From the human T2T-CHM13v2.0 reference genome, Homo sapiens: 64,000 bases of DNA. The notes under the pieces were generated by a model. That model made no database searches, was not told the origin of the DNA, and worked only from the letters and a program-made list of their open reading frames with translations. This document shows positions 63,774 through 64,000 of this stretch, in pieces. How positions within the stretch are numbered: the stretch's first letter is position 1; every line of letters begins with the position of its first letter. The DNA is taken from the NCBI RefSeq assembly GCF_009914755.1, contig NC_060929.1; one strand, given 5' to 3'. The position numbers were made by a program, and so were the translations under genes.

Positions 63774-64000
63774 GCCAGAAGGCTGACACAATTTGGCCAG
63801 GCTTTGTTCTTCAAGGAAGGGCAGGGCTCTGAGAAGTGCAGACCGTGATGCAGGTGAAGGCCAGGAGGCAGGGACTCCCAGGGCAGGTCTGGAAGGAGCG
63901 AGGCTGGTGACGGAAGTGGTCAGCAACCTCAAGGCATGAGTAAGGCGCTTGCCCTTCTCTCCAGGCACAGAGGAGTCACTGGAAGCTGGGCAAAGAGCTG

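Overview
Primate, almost certainly human, genomic DNA that is mostly intronic and rich in repeats: about 20 Alus plus L1, L2, MIR, MaLR/ERV LTR and hAT remnants. No conventional protein-coding gene is visible. A CpG island at about 2.4-3.25 kb carries tandem IRF/ISRE motifs and starts a + strand spliced transcript. Its exons are about 2800-2952, 11633-11750, 41461-41500 and 52379 onward. Splicing joins a 126-codon ORF (MDSLAAGELNASHQPWVPEFVAYWRKTHQGNLQTLL...VERQT*). From memory I recognise this as the annotated C5orf56 product, which would make the locus the lncRNA CARINH / IRF1-AS1 at 5q31.1 next to IRF1; this identification is recall, not a search. The most interesting observations are: (1) a perfect 21-bp inverted repeat at 56211-56259 whose two arms are each consensus ISREs; (2) an exon 2 that is read in all three frames, with an overlapping uORF, the 126-aa ORF, and a best-Kozak, splice-assembled 35-aa ORF starting MGARVCS that matches the N-myristoylation pattern; (3) a CTCF-like motif straddling the exon 2 acceptor; (4) a closely spaced inverted Alu pair; (5) a nested Y1-RNA/AluY insertion with both target-site duplications (TSDs) intact; and (6) several local templated duplications. 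Repeat subfamily names and many repeat boundaries are by-eye estimates.
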